A DNA stretch of 58,603 nt from assembly GCA_048938025.1 (NCBI GenBank), contig JBHLMP010000017.1, forward strand, positions 1 to 58,603. Reading direction: 5' to 3'. The position numbers were made by a program, and so were the translations under genes. This document shows, one piece after another, positions 39,083 to 48,514 of this stretch (positions are counted from its first letter, which is position 1; every line of letters begins with the position of its first letter). Below the pieces are notes generated by a model, which was not told the DNA's origin, searched no databases, and saw nothing but the letters and a program-made list of their open reading frames with translations. Source of the DNA: Promethearchaeota archaeon (GTDB lineage Archaea; Asgardarchaeota; Lokiarchaeia; Sigyniarchaeales; SOKP01).

Positions 39083-40348
39083 ATGTCAACTGAATTTGAA
39101 CAGCTTCTAGAAAAGTTTGCTGAAGTTATTATAAAAGTTGGGCTTAATTTACAGCCAGGTCAACGGTTATTAATTGGACCACCAATATTTGCATTACCAG
39201 GTGTACCATTAGAATTAGCTCCATTTGTCCGTGTAATTGCCAAAAAAGCATATCAAGCTGGTGCAAAATTAGTTGATGTAAATTGGAATGATGATACTTT
39301 GCGATTAATCCGAATTCAAAATGCCCCTGATGACACATTTGAAGAATATCCAGAATGGAAAGTTGATACGGCAGTAAAATTTGCTGAAACTGGTGATGCA
39401 ATGCTTGTTATATATGCGGACAACCCTAATTTACTAGTTGATCAAGATCCCGAAAAAATTGCATCACTCCAACAGACGGCTTTCAAAAATGTTGAACCAC
39501 TAATGAATTATGTGGTTAAAAATACTACTAATTGGTTAGTAATTACAGCTCCCATTGATGGGTGGGTTGATAAAGTATTTCCAGAACTGCCTCAAAAGGA
39601 ACGTAAATCAAAGTTTTGGGAGACTCTTTTTGAAATCTGTCGTATTACAAATGGTGATCCAGTTTCTGCTTGGAAGGATCATATAAACCAGCTTAATTCA
39701 AGAACAAATTATTTAAACCAAAAACAATATGAAACCTTAAAATTTGAAGCATCTGGAACAGATTTAAGAATCGGTTTGCCTAAAGGTCATTTATGGCATG
39801 CTGCTTCCATGAAAAGTCAAAATGGAATTAGTTTTGTTGCGAATATTCCCACAGAGGAAGTATTTACAATACCTCATAAAGAAAAAACTGAGGGCGTAGT
39901 AAAATGCACTAAACCACTTTATATTAGTGGAGGTGTGGTAGAAGAATATCAATTTACATTTTCTAACGGAAAAATTGTTGAACTGAGTGCTAAAAAGGGG
40001 AAAGATTTTCTTAAAAAGCTAATTCAGACTGATGATGGGGCAAGTTATTTGGGAGAAATTGCTCTGGTTCCGCACAAATCACCTATATCACAATCAGGTT
40101 TACTATTCTATAATATTCTTATTGATGAAAATGCTTCAAATCATATCGCTTTAGGTCGAGGATATAAATTTAGCTTCAAAGATGGTGAAAAATTAAGCGA
40201 TGAAAAATTTACCGCTTTAGGAGGTAATTATAGTTTAATTCATATTGATTGTATGTTTGGCTCAGGAGAAATGGATGTTGATGGAATTACTAAGGATGGT
40301 AAAGAAGAACCAATCATGCGAAAAGGAGAATGGGCTTTTGAGGTATAA
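39083..40348 (+). CDS. M29 aminopeptidase (AmpS/PepS/AmpT)
   Basis: ANIPTEEVFT, LGEIALV, YNILIDENASNHIALG, SLIHID, RKGEW. Confidence 0.93.
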   Translation: MSTEFEQLLEKFAEVIIKVGLNLQPGQRLLIGPPIFALPGVPLELAPFVRVIAKKAYQAGAKLVDVNWNDDTLRLIRIQNAPDDTFEEYPEWKVDTAVKFAETGDAMLVIYADNPNLLVDQDPEKIASLQQTAFKNVEPLMNYVVKNTTNWLVITAPIDGWVDKVFPELPQKERKSKFWETLFEICRITNGDPVSAWKDHINQLNSRTNYLNQKQYETLKFEASGTDLRIGLPKGHLWHAASMKSQNGISFVANIPTEEVFTIPHKEKTEGVVKCTKPLYISGGVVEEYQFTFSNGKIVELSAKKGKDFLKKLIQTDDGASYLGEIALVPHKSPISQSGLLFYNILIDENASNHIALGRGYKFSFKDGEKLSDEKFTALGGNYSLIHIDCMFGSGEMDVDGITKDGKEEPIMRKGEWAFEV

Positions 40349-40361
40349 TTTGTAAAAATTA

Positions 40362-40640
40362 CTATAACTTTTTTAAATCCATTTCATTATCTTTATTTTT
40401 TATTCGTTTTATGAAAATCGTTCTCAAATTATCAAAATCAGTTTTAAAACATACTTGGCATCCTTCCATCTCATCTGGAGTAGCAGGTTCAACACGAGTA
40501 TCATAACCAATTGATTCATACAATTCTACGAATTCAGCAACTCTATTTTTTTCAATAGTAAATCCTTTTTCCCAGTCTTTTCCTCTGATTGAGAAATCTA
40601 AATCTTTTTTCTCTTTCCTTTTTTCTTTATCTGGAGTCAT
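40362..40640 (-). CDS. Small hypothetical protein with CxxC, divergent from the benzoyl-CoA operon
   Basis: RVAEFVELYESIGYDTRVEP...CQVCF. Confidence 0.7.
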   Translation of the reverse strand: MTPDKEKRKEKKDLDFSIRGKDWEKGFTIEKNRVAEFVELYESIGYDTRVEPATPDEMEGCQVCFKTDFDNLRTIFIKRIKNKDNEMDLKKL

Positions 40641-40746
40641 GGTTTTTGATTTAGATTGTATCTAATCTTTTGTTAATTTACATTAGATATAATAAGAAGA
40701 CTCTGTATAAATATTAGTTTTTTTAATATTCCATCTGAATTAAGCT

Positions 40747-40772
40747 TTTAGTGGAATTTTATTCCCACTAAA
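40747..40772. promoter_or_regulatory. Candidate operator upstream of the oah-bzd operon
   Basis: Perfect 8-bp inverted repeat TTTAGTGG-N10-CCACTAAA in otherwise AT-rich intergenic DNA, about 90 bp before oah. Confidence 0.5.
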
Positions 40773-40861
40773 TATCATCTATTAACAAATTTTAAATTAA
40801 TTTGGAAAATTATCTAAAAATAATAATAAAATAAAAGAAATCAAAAAAGTTAAGTTATGTA

Positions 40862-41830
40862 GTGATGGTAATGACGTATACTAAAGAACCTAATTTTACA
40901 CCTAAGGATCCAAAAGAATTTGATTTTAAAGAAATAATTTATGAAAAGAAAGAGTGGAAAGCAACTGTTACCATTAATCGACCAGAAGTATATAATGCTT
41001 ATTCAACACTCACATTAATGGAAATGATTGAAGCATTCCATGACGCTGCGTGGGATAATAAAGTTGCTGTTATTATCTTAACTGGAGCAGGCGACAAAGC
41101 TTTTTGTACTGGTGGAGATGTCAAAGAGTATCAAGAAAGATTCACAGTTCAACCTGCTGAATATTGGAAATGGATGTGCATTTTTCAAGAAGCTCATGAT
41201 GTGTTCCGTAATATTGGCAAACCTACTATAGCAAGAATCAACGGCATGGTTGCAGGGGGTGGGAATGAATGGCAAATGGCGTGTGATTTAGCTATAGCTG
41301 CAGACCATGCTACAATCCGACAAGTAGGAACTCGAGTAGGATCTGTTGCATGCGGAGGTGCGACTCAATGGTTACCAATTATTGTCGGTGATCGTCGAGC
41401 CAGAGAAATTTTATATCTCTGTGAACCTATTTCGGCTGAAAAAGCTTTAGAATGGGGTTTAGTCAATTCAGTCGTTCCCTATAATGAAATAGATGATGAA
41501 ATTGATAAGTATTGTCAGAAACTTATTGATAAATTTCCAGAATGCATGAGATACACCAAACAACAAGTTAATTTTTGGAAAGATCTTGTATGGCATCAAA
41601 CGATAGGACATGCCAAAGATTGGTTATCAATTCATTATGCTTCATGGGAACCACTTGAAGGAATGTCGGCATTTGTAGAAAAACGCCCTCCAAACTATCG
41701 GGGTGTACGAGAAAGTCCTCATCCTGAATTTTTATGGGGACCACCTTCTGTAACATGCCCTTCCTGCAATGCTAAAAACATACCTTCTGATTTCAAGTTT
41801 TGTGGTAATTGTGGAGCTAAACTCAAATAG
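40862..41830 (+). CDS. oah: 6-oxocyclohex-1-ene-1-carbonyl-CoA hydrolase (Oah/BamA/BzdY)
   Basis: Crotonase fold with YNAYST, FCTGGDVKEY, GGGNE..MACDL, GS.ACGGATQ, FPEC...TK and a C-terminal Cys ribbon. First gene of a benzoyl-CoA reductase operon. Confidence 0.85.
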   Translation: MMVMTYTKEPNFTPKDPKEFDFKEIIYEKKEWKATVTINRPEVYNAYSTLTLMEMIEAFHDAAWDNKVAVIILTGAGDKAFCTGGDVKEYQERFTVQPAEYWKWMCIFQEAHDVFRNIGKPTIARINGMVAGGGNEWQMACDLAIAADHATIRQVGTRVGSVACGGATQWLPIIVGDRRAREILYLCEPISAEKALEWGLVNSVVPYNEIDDEIDKYCQKLIDKFPECMRYTKQQVNFWKDLVWHQTIGHAKDWLSIHYASWEPLEGMSAFVEKRPPNYRGVRESPHPEFLWGPPSVTCPSCNAKNIPSDFKFCGNCGAKLK

Positions 41831-41883
41831 AATTAAATTGAAGTAATAAAAAAAAAATTTATAGCCATATTGGAGGATATAAT

Positions 41884-42651
41884 TTGAAAAATGATTTAAT
41901 CATAGTTGATAAAGCCAATAATTTTGGAAAAATAACATTCAACAATGGTCCATTAAATATATTAACAATAAACATGATGGAGCAAATTAATAACGCTCTT
42001 GAAGGTTTTCTCAAGGATGAATCATTAAAAGCAGTAATATTCGATCACAACGGAAAAGCCTTTTCAGCTGGAGTTGATATTGCTGATCATATAGGTGAAA
42101 AAGCACCAAAAATGATTAAGGAATTTCACGGAATATTTAGAAACCTTTACAAGTTGAAGTGCCCAACAATAGCAAGCATTAAAGGGGCTGCTCTTGGTGG
42201 AGGTTGTGAGATTGCTACATTTTGTGATGTTGTAATTTCTTCAGATAAAGCAAAATTTGGACAACCAGAAATAAAAGTCGGTGTTCTTCCGCCTATTGCA
42301 GTATTAGCTTTTCCCCAAATTATAGGAAATAAGAAAGCTTTTGAGCTTATTATGTTAGGTGAGATAATTGATGCAAAAGAAGCTTATAGACTTGGAATTT
42401 CCAACCATGTCTTCCCATTTGAATCATATGAACAACAATTTAGAGAATTTCTTAAATCTTTTGATGATATAAGTACAATTATTCTACAATATACAAAAAA
42501 AGCATTCATTAAAGCTTTAGGGATCGATTTTAAGGCTAAATTAGACGAAATCGAAGAATTTTATCTTAAAGAAATAATGTCTACTCATGATGCAAATGAA
42601 GGTTTACAAGCATTCTTAGAGAAACGATCACCCAATTGGCAAAATCGATAG
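41884..42651 (+). CDS. dch: Cyclohexa-1,5-diene-1-carbonyl-CoA hydratase (Dch/BzdW-like)
   Basis: PLNIL, AFSAGVDIADH, ALGGGCE, GQPEIKVGVLPP, THDANEGLQAFLEKR, plus context. Confidence 0.8.
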   Translation: MKNDLIIVDKANNFGKITFNNGPLNILTINMMEQINNALEGFLKDESLKAVIFDHNGKAFSAGVDIADHIGEKAPKMIKEFHGIFRNLYKLKCPTIASIKGAALGGGCEIATFCDVVISSDKAKFGQPEIKVGVLPPIAVLAFPQIIGNKKAFELIMLGEIIDAKEAYRLGISNHVFPFESYEQQFREFLKSFDDISTIILQYTKKAFIKALGIDFKAKLDEIEEFYLKEIMSTHDANEGLQAFLEKRSPNWQNR

Positions 42652-42719
42652 TTATCCTAAATTTAATAAGAATTATATTTAAATTAAAATAAAAATGAAA
42701 AAAAGTATAGGAAATTGAG

Positions 42720-43766
42720 ATGAAAGCTGCAGTTTTTGAAAAAGTTAAAGAACCTTTAAAGATTGATAATAATTATCCTGATCCAAGCATCTCTGATGAA
42801 AAAAGTCAAGCTATAATTGAAATTGAAGCATGTGGAGTATGTCATACTGATTTTGGTTATTTAGAGCATGGAGTACCTACAGTTAAACAGCCACCTCTTA
42901 TTTTAGGTCACGAGATATCAGGACGTATTAAAGAGATAAGTGATGATGTGAAAAATTTTAAAAAGGGAGACCATGTTATCATTCCAGCTGTGCTTTCCTG
43001 TGGATATTGTGTTAATTGTAGAACAGGTAGGGAAAACATATGCCTAAATCAGATAATGCTTGGAAATCATATTGATGGAGGATTTGCTGAGCAAATTAAG
43101 GTTCCTATAAAAGATGTAGTCCATCTTCCCACAGAAATGTCATTAGAAGAAAGTTGTATCATTTCTGATGCTGTTTCAACACCATACCACGCAGTAAAAA
43201 ATCGAGGTCAAGTAAGACCTGGTGATTGGGCAGTAGTGATTGGATGTGGTGGAATTGGTCTTAATGTCGTTCAAAATGTTAAAGCCGCCGGTGGTTTAGC
43301 TGTCGCTGTTGATATTGTCCCTAAAAAGCTTGAAGTTGCTAAAAAAATTGGTGCTGTAGAAACTATTTTAGCAAAAGACATGGATGAGAGAGAGGTTGTT
43401 GGTGCTATTCGAAAGATTACTGGTGGAGGAGCCGATATAGCTTTTGAAGCCATAGGGCACCCCGCAACAATGAAACAAGCATTTAATAGTTTGAGAACTG
43501 GGGGACGCCTGGTTGCTGTAGGATATTCACCCAAACGGTGGGATGGATTCGATATTGGTCGAGTCATGTTTCGAGAAATGGAAATTATGGGAAGTCTTGG
43601 ATGTCGTCCTGTAGATTACCCTCATATTATTAACTTAGTTAAGAATGGTTCACTTCAACTTAAACCATTGATTACCCATAAATTTTCGCTTTCAGAAACA
43701 AATGAAGCTTTTGATGTTATGCGTCGAGGAGAAGGAATTAGGATTTTAATATTGTGTCGAAAATAG
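42720..43766 (+). CDS. had: 6-hydroxycyclohex-1-ene-1-carbonyl-CoA dehydrogenase (Had/BzdX-like Zn-dependent ADH)
   Basis: CGVCHTD..Y...GVPT...PLILGHEISG, PAV.SCG.C..C, DAVSTPY, GCGGIG, plus context. Confidence 0.85.
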   Translation: MKAAVFEKVKEPLKIDNNYPDPSISDEKSQAIIEIEACGVCHTDFGYLEHGVPTVKQPPLILGHEISGRIKEISDDVKNFKKGDHVIIPAVLSCGYCVNCRTGRENICLNQIMLGNHIDGGFAEQIKVPIKDVVHLPTEMSLEESCIISDAVSTPYHAVKNRGQVRPGDWAVVIGCGGIGLNVVQNVKAAGGLAVAVDIVPKKLEVAKKIGAVETILAKDMDEREVVGAIRKITGGGADIAFEAIGHPATMKQAFNSLRTGGRLVAVGYSPKRWDGFDIGRVMFREMEIMGSLGCRPVDYPHIINLVKNGSLQLKPLITHKFSLSETNEAFDVMRRGEGIRILILCRK

Positions 43767-43882
43767 AGGTTTACCAAAATTTATTATTTAATTTTTACTT
43801 TTCAAATTAGTTTAAATCAAGGGGATATTCGAATTAATATGGATTTGTTAATATAGAATCAGTGTAAATAAAGGTAATAAAT

Positions 43883-45007
43883 GTGTTTGAAAAATTTAAA
43901 GATTGGTATGAAAATCGTCATGATTATGCGAAAAAGTGGAAAGAACGTACCGGTGGTAAAGTAATAGGATATTTTTGCACATACGTACCAGAAGAAATTC
44001 TCTATGCTGCAAATATTTTACCAGTAAGGATATTAGGAAGTCATGAGCCACAAGATGTCTCCGAACCACATATTTTTGCAATGTTTTGTCCTTTCTGCCG
44101 TGATTGTTTAGCACAGGGCTTAAAAGGGAGATATGATTATCTTGATGGAATAATGATTGCTCAAAGTTGTCTCCATATTAGACAAGCTTATACTAGTTGG
44201 GATCTTCATATTCCAGTGGATTTTAAATATTATTTACCACACCCAATGAATGTCCAAAGCCCTCATGCTGTTCCTTATTTAACAGAGGAATTAAAATTAT
44301 TCAAGAAAGCAGTTGAACAGTGGACTGGAACACAAATTACAGATGATGATATGCAGCGGGGAATTGATATAATGAATAAGAATAGACAACTATTACAGCA
44401 AGTCTATGAATTCAGAAAAAATCCTAATCCTCCGTTAACTGGTCTTGAAGCAATGCACATGGTTGTATCTTCACAAATGATAAATAAAGAAGAACATAAT
44501 AAAGCACTCGAAGAACTCATCCAAAAACTTCCTTCAAGGAACTTAGATAATCCTGGTGAACGATTAATGATATTAGGTTCTGAAGATGACGATACAGAAT
44601 TCGTTGCAATGGTCGAAGATTTAGGTGCACGATTCGTTATTGATGATCATTGTACTGGTACTCGGTATTTTAATACTGAGGTTAATACAAATGGCGATGC
44701 TCTTAAAGCAATAGCAGAAAGATATGTGAACCGTATACCATGTCCAAGTAAAGATTGGCCTGAACGTACAAGATTAAAGCATATTCTTCAATTAGCTAAA
44801 GAATATGATGTTCAAGGAGCAATAATTATGCAAATGAAATTTTGTGACCCGCATGAATTAGACACAGTTGCTATCAAAGAAGCTTTGGAGAAGGATCTTA
44901 ATGTTCAAACTTTATTCCTTGAATTTGATGTTACTGTACCAATTGGTCAATTTAAAACTCGTGTTGAGGCATTTCTAGAAATAATTAGAGAAGAGGATCT
45001 TTTTTAA
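43883..45007 (+). CDS. bzdN: Benzoyl-CoA reductase subunit BzdN (gamma/BcrC)
   Basis: CTYVPEE, MFCPFCRD, DDHCTGTRY, PCPSKD, KFCDPH, TRVEAF...EDLF. Confidence 0.9.
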   Translation: MFEKFKDWYENRHDYAKKWKERTGGKVIGYFCTYVPEEILYAANILPVRILGSHEPQDVSEPHIFAMFCPFCRDCLAQGLKGRYDYLDGIMIAQSCLHIRQAYTSWDLHIPVDFKYYLPHPMNVQSPHAVPYLTEELKLFKKAVEQWTGTQITDDDMQRGIDIMNKNRQLLQQVYEFRKNPNPPLTGLEAMHMVVSSQMINKEEHNKALEELIQKLPSRNLDNPGERLMILGSEDDDTEFVAMVEDLGARFVIDDHCTGTRYFNTEVNTNGDALKAIAERYVNRIPCPSKDWPERTRLKHILQLAKEYDVQGAIIMQMKFCDPHELDTVAIKEALEKDLNVQTLFLEFDVTVPIGQFKTRVEAFLEIIREEDLF

Positions 45008-45025
45008 CAAAAAGGAGGAATAATA

Positions 45026-46339
45026 ATGAAAGAAACTAAATATCCAACAGAATTATTGAAATGTTGGAATAAAGCTAAAACTCTTAGGGAGAATTATTAT
45101 AAAGACTTTGCCGATGCTCATGAAAAAGGGGGTCTTAGATGGGTAGGAGGCGCCTGGTCTTTTGATGCAATTCCTGCTGGTTTAGGAGATGATGTATATT
45201 CATTAACGGGAGAACCATATGGAGCAACAGTAGCATATAATGATAAATTTGCTCTTGAATGCCAGGAAGCAACTGAAGCGAGGGGATTTGCAAGGGATCT
45301 ATGCTCCTATATGCGAAATTATTGGGGTTCTATACTTATAGATAAATATGCTTGGCCCCAATTCTCAGAAAAATTCCCTAAACCGGACTTTGTTTGGCAA
45401 GATCATATTTGCTGTTCACATTCCAAGTGGTATCAAGTAGCAAGTGAACTTGAAGGTGGAATTCCTATGTTTAGCATTGATGTGTCAGTAGGACCATATG
45501 AAGAACTAACAGATCATAAACTCAATTATATTGTTGGTCAGATGCATGATGGTATAAAATGGCTTGAAAAAATAACTGGAAGGGATTATGATGATGAGCT
45601 GTTAATTAATGCAGTATATAATGAATTTCGTACGTGCTATTATTGGTCTGCTATATGTGCCCTTAATAAAGCAATTCCTGCTCCTTTAGATGAAAAATCA
45701 ATGTATTCTTTATATGTTCTTGGTACTCTAAAAAAATCAGCTCAATGGGTAGCAGATTTTTATGAAAAAGAGCTATATCCCGAGGTAAAAGATCGTGTGG
45801 CACGAGGTATAGCTGCCGTGGGAAATGAACAATGTCGTATCATGACAGATACTCAGCCACCTTGGGCATTCTTAAGAATCTTTCGGTATCTAGAGCAGTA
45901 TGGTTGTGTTTCAATAGGAAGCCTTTATACGTTTGGTCTTATTGGATTATGGGAAGAAAAAGAAGATGGAACATGGGGTCCAAAAACTATTCCTGATATT
46001 GAAATAACTAATCGAGATGAAGCATTAAGAGCGCTTGCTGAATGGAATTTGAGTAAACCAGAATGGCAGCACTTTTACCATCCAAAACTTAAATCTGATA
46101 TGATGATTAGGATTGCTAAGGAGTGGAAATTAGATGGGGTATTTCTGCATTTTAATAGAGGATGTGAGGGTTTAAGTCTCGGAATTGCAGAAAATCGTTT
46201 AGCTATCCAAAAAGCAGGGATACCAACGATGCCCTTTGAAGGTAACATGGGAGATGAAAGAGAATTTGATCTTGAGCGAACTATGAAGCGTGTAGATGCT
46301 TTTATGGAATCAATTGATATGGAGAAAATAAAATACTAA
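45026..46339 (+). CDS. bzdO: Benzoyl-CoA reductase subunit BzdO (beta/BcrB)
   Basis: [48 protein letters not shown]. Confidence 0.9.
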   Translation: MKETKYPTELLKCWNKAKTLRENYYKDFADAHEKGGLRWVGGAWSFDAIPAGLGDDVYSLTGEPYGATVAYNDKFALECQEATEARGFARDLCSYMRNYWGSILIDKYAWPQFSEKFPKPDFVWQDHICCSHSKWYQVASELEGGIPMFSIDVSVGPYEELTDHKLNYIVGQMHDGIKWLEKITGRDYDDELLINAVYNEFRTCYYWSAICALNKAIPAPLDEKSMYSLYVLGTLKKSAQWVADFYEKELYPEVKDRVARGIAAVGNEQCRIMTDTQPPWAFLRIFRYLEQYGCVSIGSLYTFGLIGLWEEKEDGTWGPKTIPDIEITNRDEALRALAEWNLSKPEWQHFYHPKLKSDMMIRIAKEWKLDGVFLHFNRGCEGLSLGIAENRLAIQKAGIPTMPFEGNMGDEREFDLERTMKRVDAFMESIDMEKIKY

Positions 46340-46411
46340 TCAATTTATAGATATTTTTTATATAATCAAAAAAAAGTTTATCATTAAAAATTTAAATTAA
46401 AAGAATGAAGA

Positions 46412-47203
46412 GTGGTTTATATGATAACAGTAGGACTGGATGCTGGTTCAAAAAATACAAAAGTTTGTATTTTTGATGATAAGATTTTATCTACAGCTTC
46501 GGTATTAAGTGGATTTGATCAAGAAGAATCAGCAGAGCAAGTATTAAATAATGCTCTTGATAAAGCTGGGATTAAACGAGAAGAGATTAAACATATTACT
46601 GTTACTGGAGCTGGGATGGAAGCAATTAAGTTTGCAGATACTAATGTAACTACAATCACCGCCGATGCTCGTGGAACTTATTTTATTTTTCCATCTGTAC
46701 GCACTATAGTTGATATAGGAGCAGAAGAGGGAAGAGTCGTAAAAATTGACGAACATGGTAAAGTTAAAGATTTTGGCATAAATGAGAAATGTGCTGCTGG
46801 TGCTGGTGCGTTTATAGAAGCTATGTCTAGAGCATTAGAAGTAGAAATTGAAGAAATGGGAGAATTATCTTTAAAATCAACTAAACAAATTCCAATGAAC
46901 GCACAATGTACAATATTTGCTGAATCAGAAGTCGTGTCATTAATACATCAAAAAACTAAGAAGGAGGATATAATTCGAGCCGTACATGATGCAATTGCAG
47001 ATAGAAACACAAGTATGCTACGTCAAATAGGTATTGAGAAAGATATCTCATTGATAGGTGGTATGGCGAAAAATATTGGGTTTGTGGATGCAATGAATAG
47101 GAATCTAGGATTTGATCTATTAGTACCGAAAGATGTTATAACTCCAGAATATGTTAGTGCGTTAGGAGCAGCACTTATAGCACAAGATAAAATTGGAGGT
47201 TAA
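46412..47203 (+). CDS. bzdP: Benzoyl-CoA reductase ATP-binding subunit BzdP (delta/BcrD); start probably ATG 46421
   Basis: GLDAGS, DIGAEEGR, NEKCAAGAG, MNAQCTIFAESEVVS. Confidence 0.9.
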   Translation: MVYMITVGLDAGSKNTKVCIFDDKILSTASVLSGFDQEESAEQVLNNALDKAGIKREEIKHITVTGAGMEAIKFADTNVTTITADARGTYFIFPSVRTIVDIGAEEGRVVKIDEHGKVKDFGINEKCAAGAGAFIEAMSRALEVEIEEMGELSLKSTKQIPMNAQCTIFAESEVVSLIHQKTKKEDIIRAVHDAIADRNTSMLRQIGIEKDISLIGGMAKNIGFVDAMNRNLGFDLLVPKDVITPEYVSALGAALIAQDKIGG

Positions 47204-47207
47204 AATA

Positions 47208-48095
47208 ATGTCAAATGCAGAATTAGACAAGGAATATTGGAGATGGACTGAATCTCGTTATACTAACCCCGATCTAAACTGGCAAGACGGAGATATTATT
47301 TCAGCAGGAGTTGACGTTGGGTCAGTTAGCACCCAAGCTGTAATAATGGTAGATGGTGAAATCTATTGTTATAGCAGCATGAGAACAGGTTCTAATAGTC
47401 CAGATAGCGCAAATAATGCTATGGATTGGGCGCTTGAGGGTACTGGTCTATCTCTAGATAAAATTCAATATGTTGTTGGAACAGGATATGGAAGGGTTAA
47501 TGTTCCATTTTCAAATCGAGCAATTACAGAAATTGCATGTCATGCTCGAGGTGCTAACTTCATTTATGGTCCAGAAATAAGGACAGTATTGGACATGGGA
47601 GGTCAAGATTGTAAAGCAATACGCTGTGATCAACGTGGTAAAGTAACAGCGTTTCTAATGAATGACAAGTGTGCGGCAGGAACAGGTAGAGGGATGGAGG
47701 TATTTGCAGATTTACTTCAAGTACACATTAATGATGTGGGAGAAATGTCACTAAAAGTAGATGAAGAACCAGAGCCAGTTAGTAGCACCTGTGTTGTATT
47801 TGCCAAATCAGAAGCTGTTGGATTGCTTAGAAAGGGTTGGCCAAAAGAAAAGGTCTTAGCAGCATATTGTGCAGCTATGGCACATCGAATTGTGACTTTG
47901 TTATTACGACTTGGGATAGAAGAAAAATTTGCTATTACTGGTGGAATTGCTAAAAATATTGGAATTGTAAAGAGACTCGAAGATGAATTGAAAATTAAAG
48001 CTCCCGAACCGAGTATTGATCCACAAATCGCAGGTGCTATTGGAGCTGCCTTGTTTGCTAAAGCTCTTGTGGAAAAAGAACGCAAAAAGGCATAA
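47208..48095 (+). CDS. bzdQ: Benzoyl-CoA reductase ATP-binding subunit BzdQ (alpha/BcrA)
   Basis: EYWRW.E N-terminus, GVDVGSVS, TGYGR, DMGGQDCK, MNDKCAAGTGRG, STCVVFAKSE. ATG 47208 follows GGAGG. Confidence 0.92.
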   Translation: MSNAELDKEYWRWTESRYTNPDLNWQDGDIISAGVDVGSVSTQAVIMVDGEIYCYSSMRTGSNSPDSANNAMDWALEGTGLSLDKIQYVVGTGYGRVNVPFSNRAITEIACHARGANFIYGPEIRTVLDMGGQDCKAIRCDQRGKVTAFLMNDKCAAGTGRGMEVFADLLQVHINDVGEMSLKVDEEPEPVSSTCVVFAKSEAVGLLRKGWPKEKVLAAYCAAMAHRIVTLLLRLGIEEKFAITGGIAKNIGIVKRLEDELKIKAPEPSIDPQIAGAIGAALFAKALVEKERKKA

Positions 48096-48131
48096 ATTAT
48101 TTTTTTAATATTCAAAAATTGGAGGTAGCAA

Positions 48132-48422
48132 ATGACAAAAGCTAATTATGGTTACAAGGATGGTTCAGGAGAATATTTTATTACTATAGATACAGATCTG
48201 TGTAATTCATGTGGAAAATGCGTAGAAGCATGTCCAGAAGGTGTCCTTGAAATGGCGGAAAATGAGTTAGATCCACTAGGGGATGAAATAATAGCCATTG
48301 TTTCTGAAGAGCATCGCAAGAAAATAAAATACTCATGTGCCCCTTGTAAAGCAAGTGGCAAGTCAAAAGAATTACCTTGTGTAAAAGCGTGTGAACCTGA
48401 AGCGATAACTCATTCGTGGTAA
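48132..48422 (+). CDS. bzdM: Ferredoxin BzdM-like
   Basis: ANYGYKDGSGEYFITIDTDLCNSCGKCVEACP...CAPCK...PCVKAC, directly after bzdQ. Confidence 0.85.
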   Translation: MTKANYGYKDGSGEYFITIDTDLCNSCGKCVEACPEGVLEMAENELDPLGDEIIAIVSEEHRKKIKYSCAPCKASGKSKELPCVKACEPEAITHSW

Positions 48423-48514
48423 TCTATAAATATATTTTTACTTATTACTTCTAGTTATCGAACTAAACCATAATTTTTTTTTAGATTATTTCTAGAATTA
48501 ATTAGTTTTAGAGT

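Noticed and set aside
41750-41830. Zinc-ribbon tail on Oah as a novel fusion
   Set aside because: As far as I recall, a Cys-rich C-terminus also occurs in bacterial Oah/BamA.
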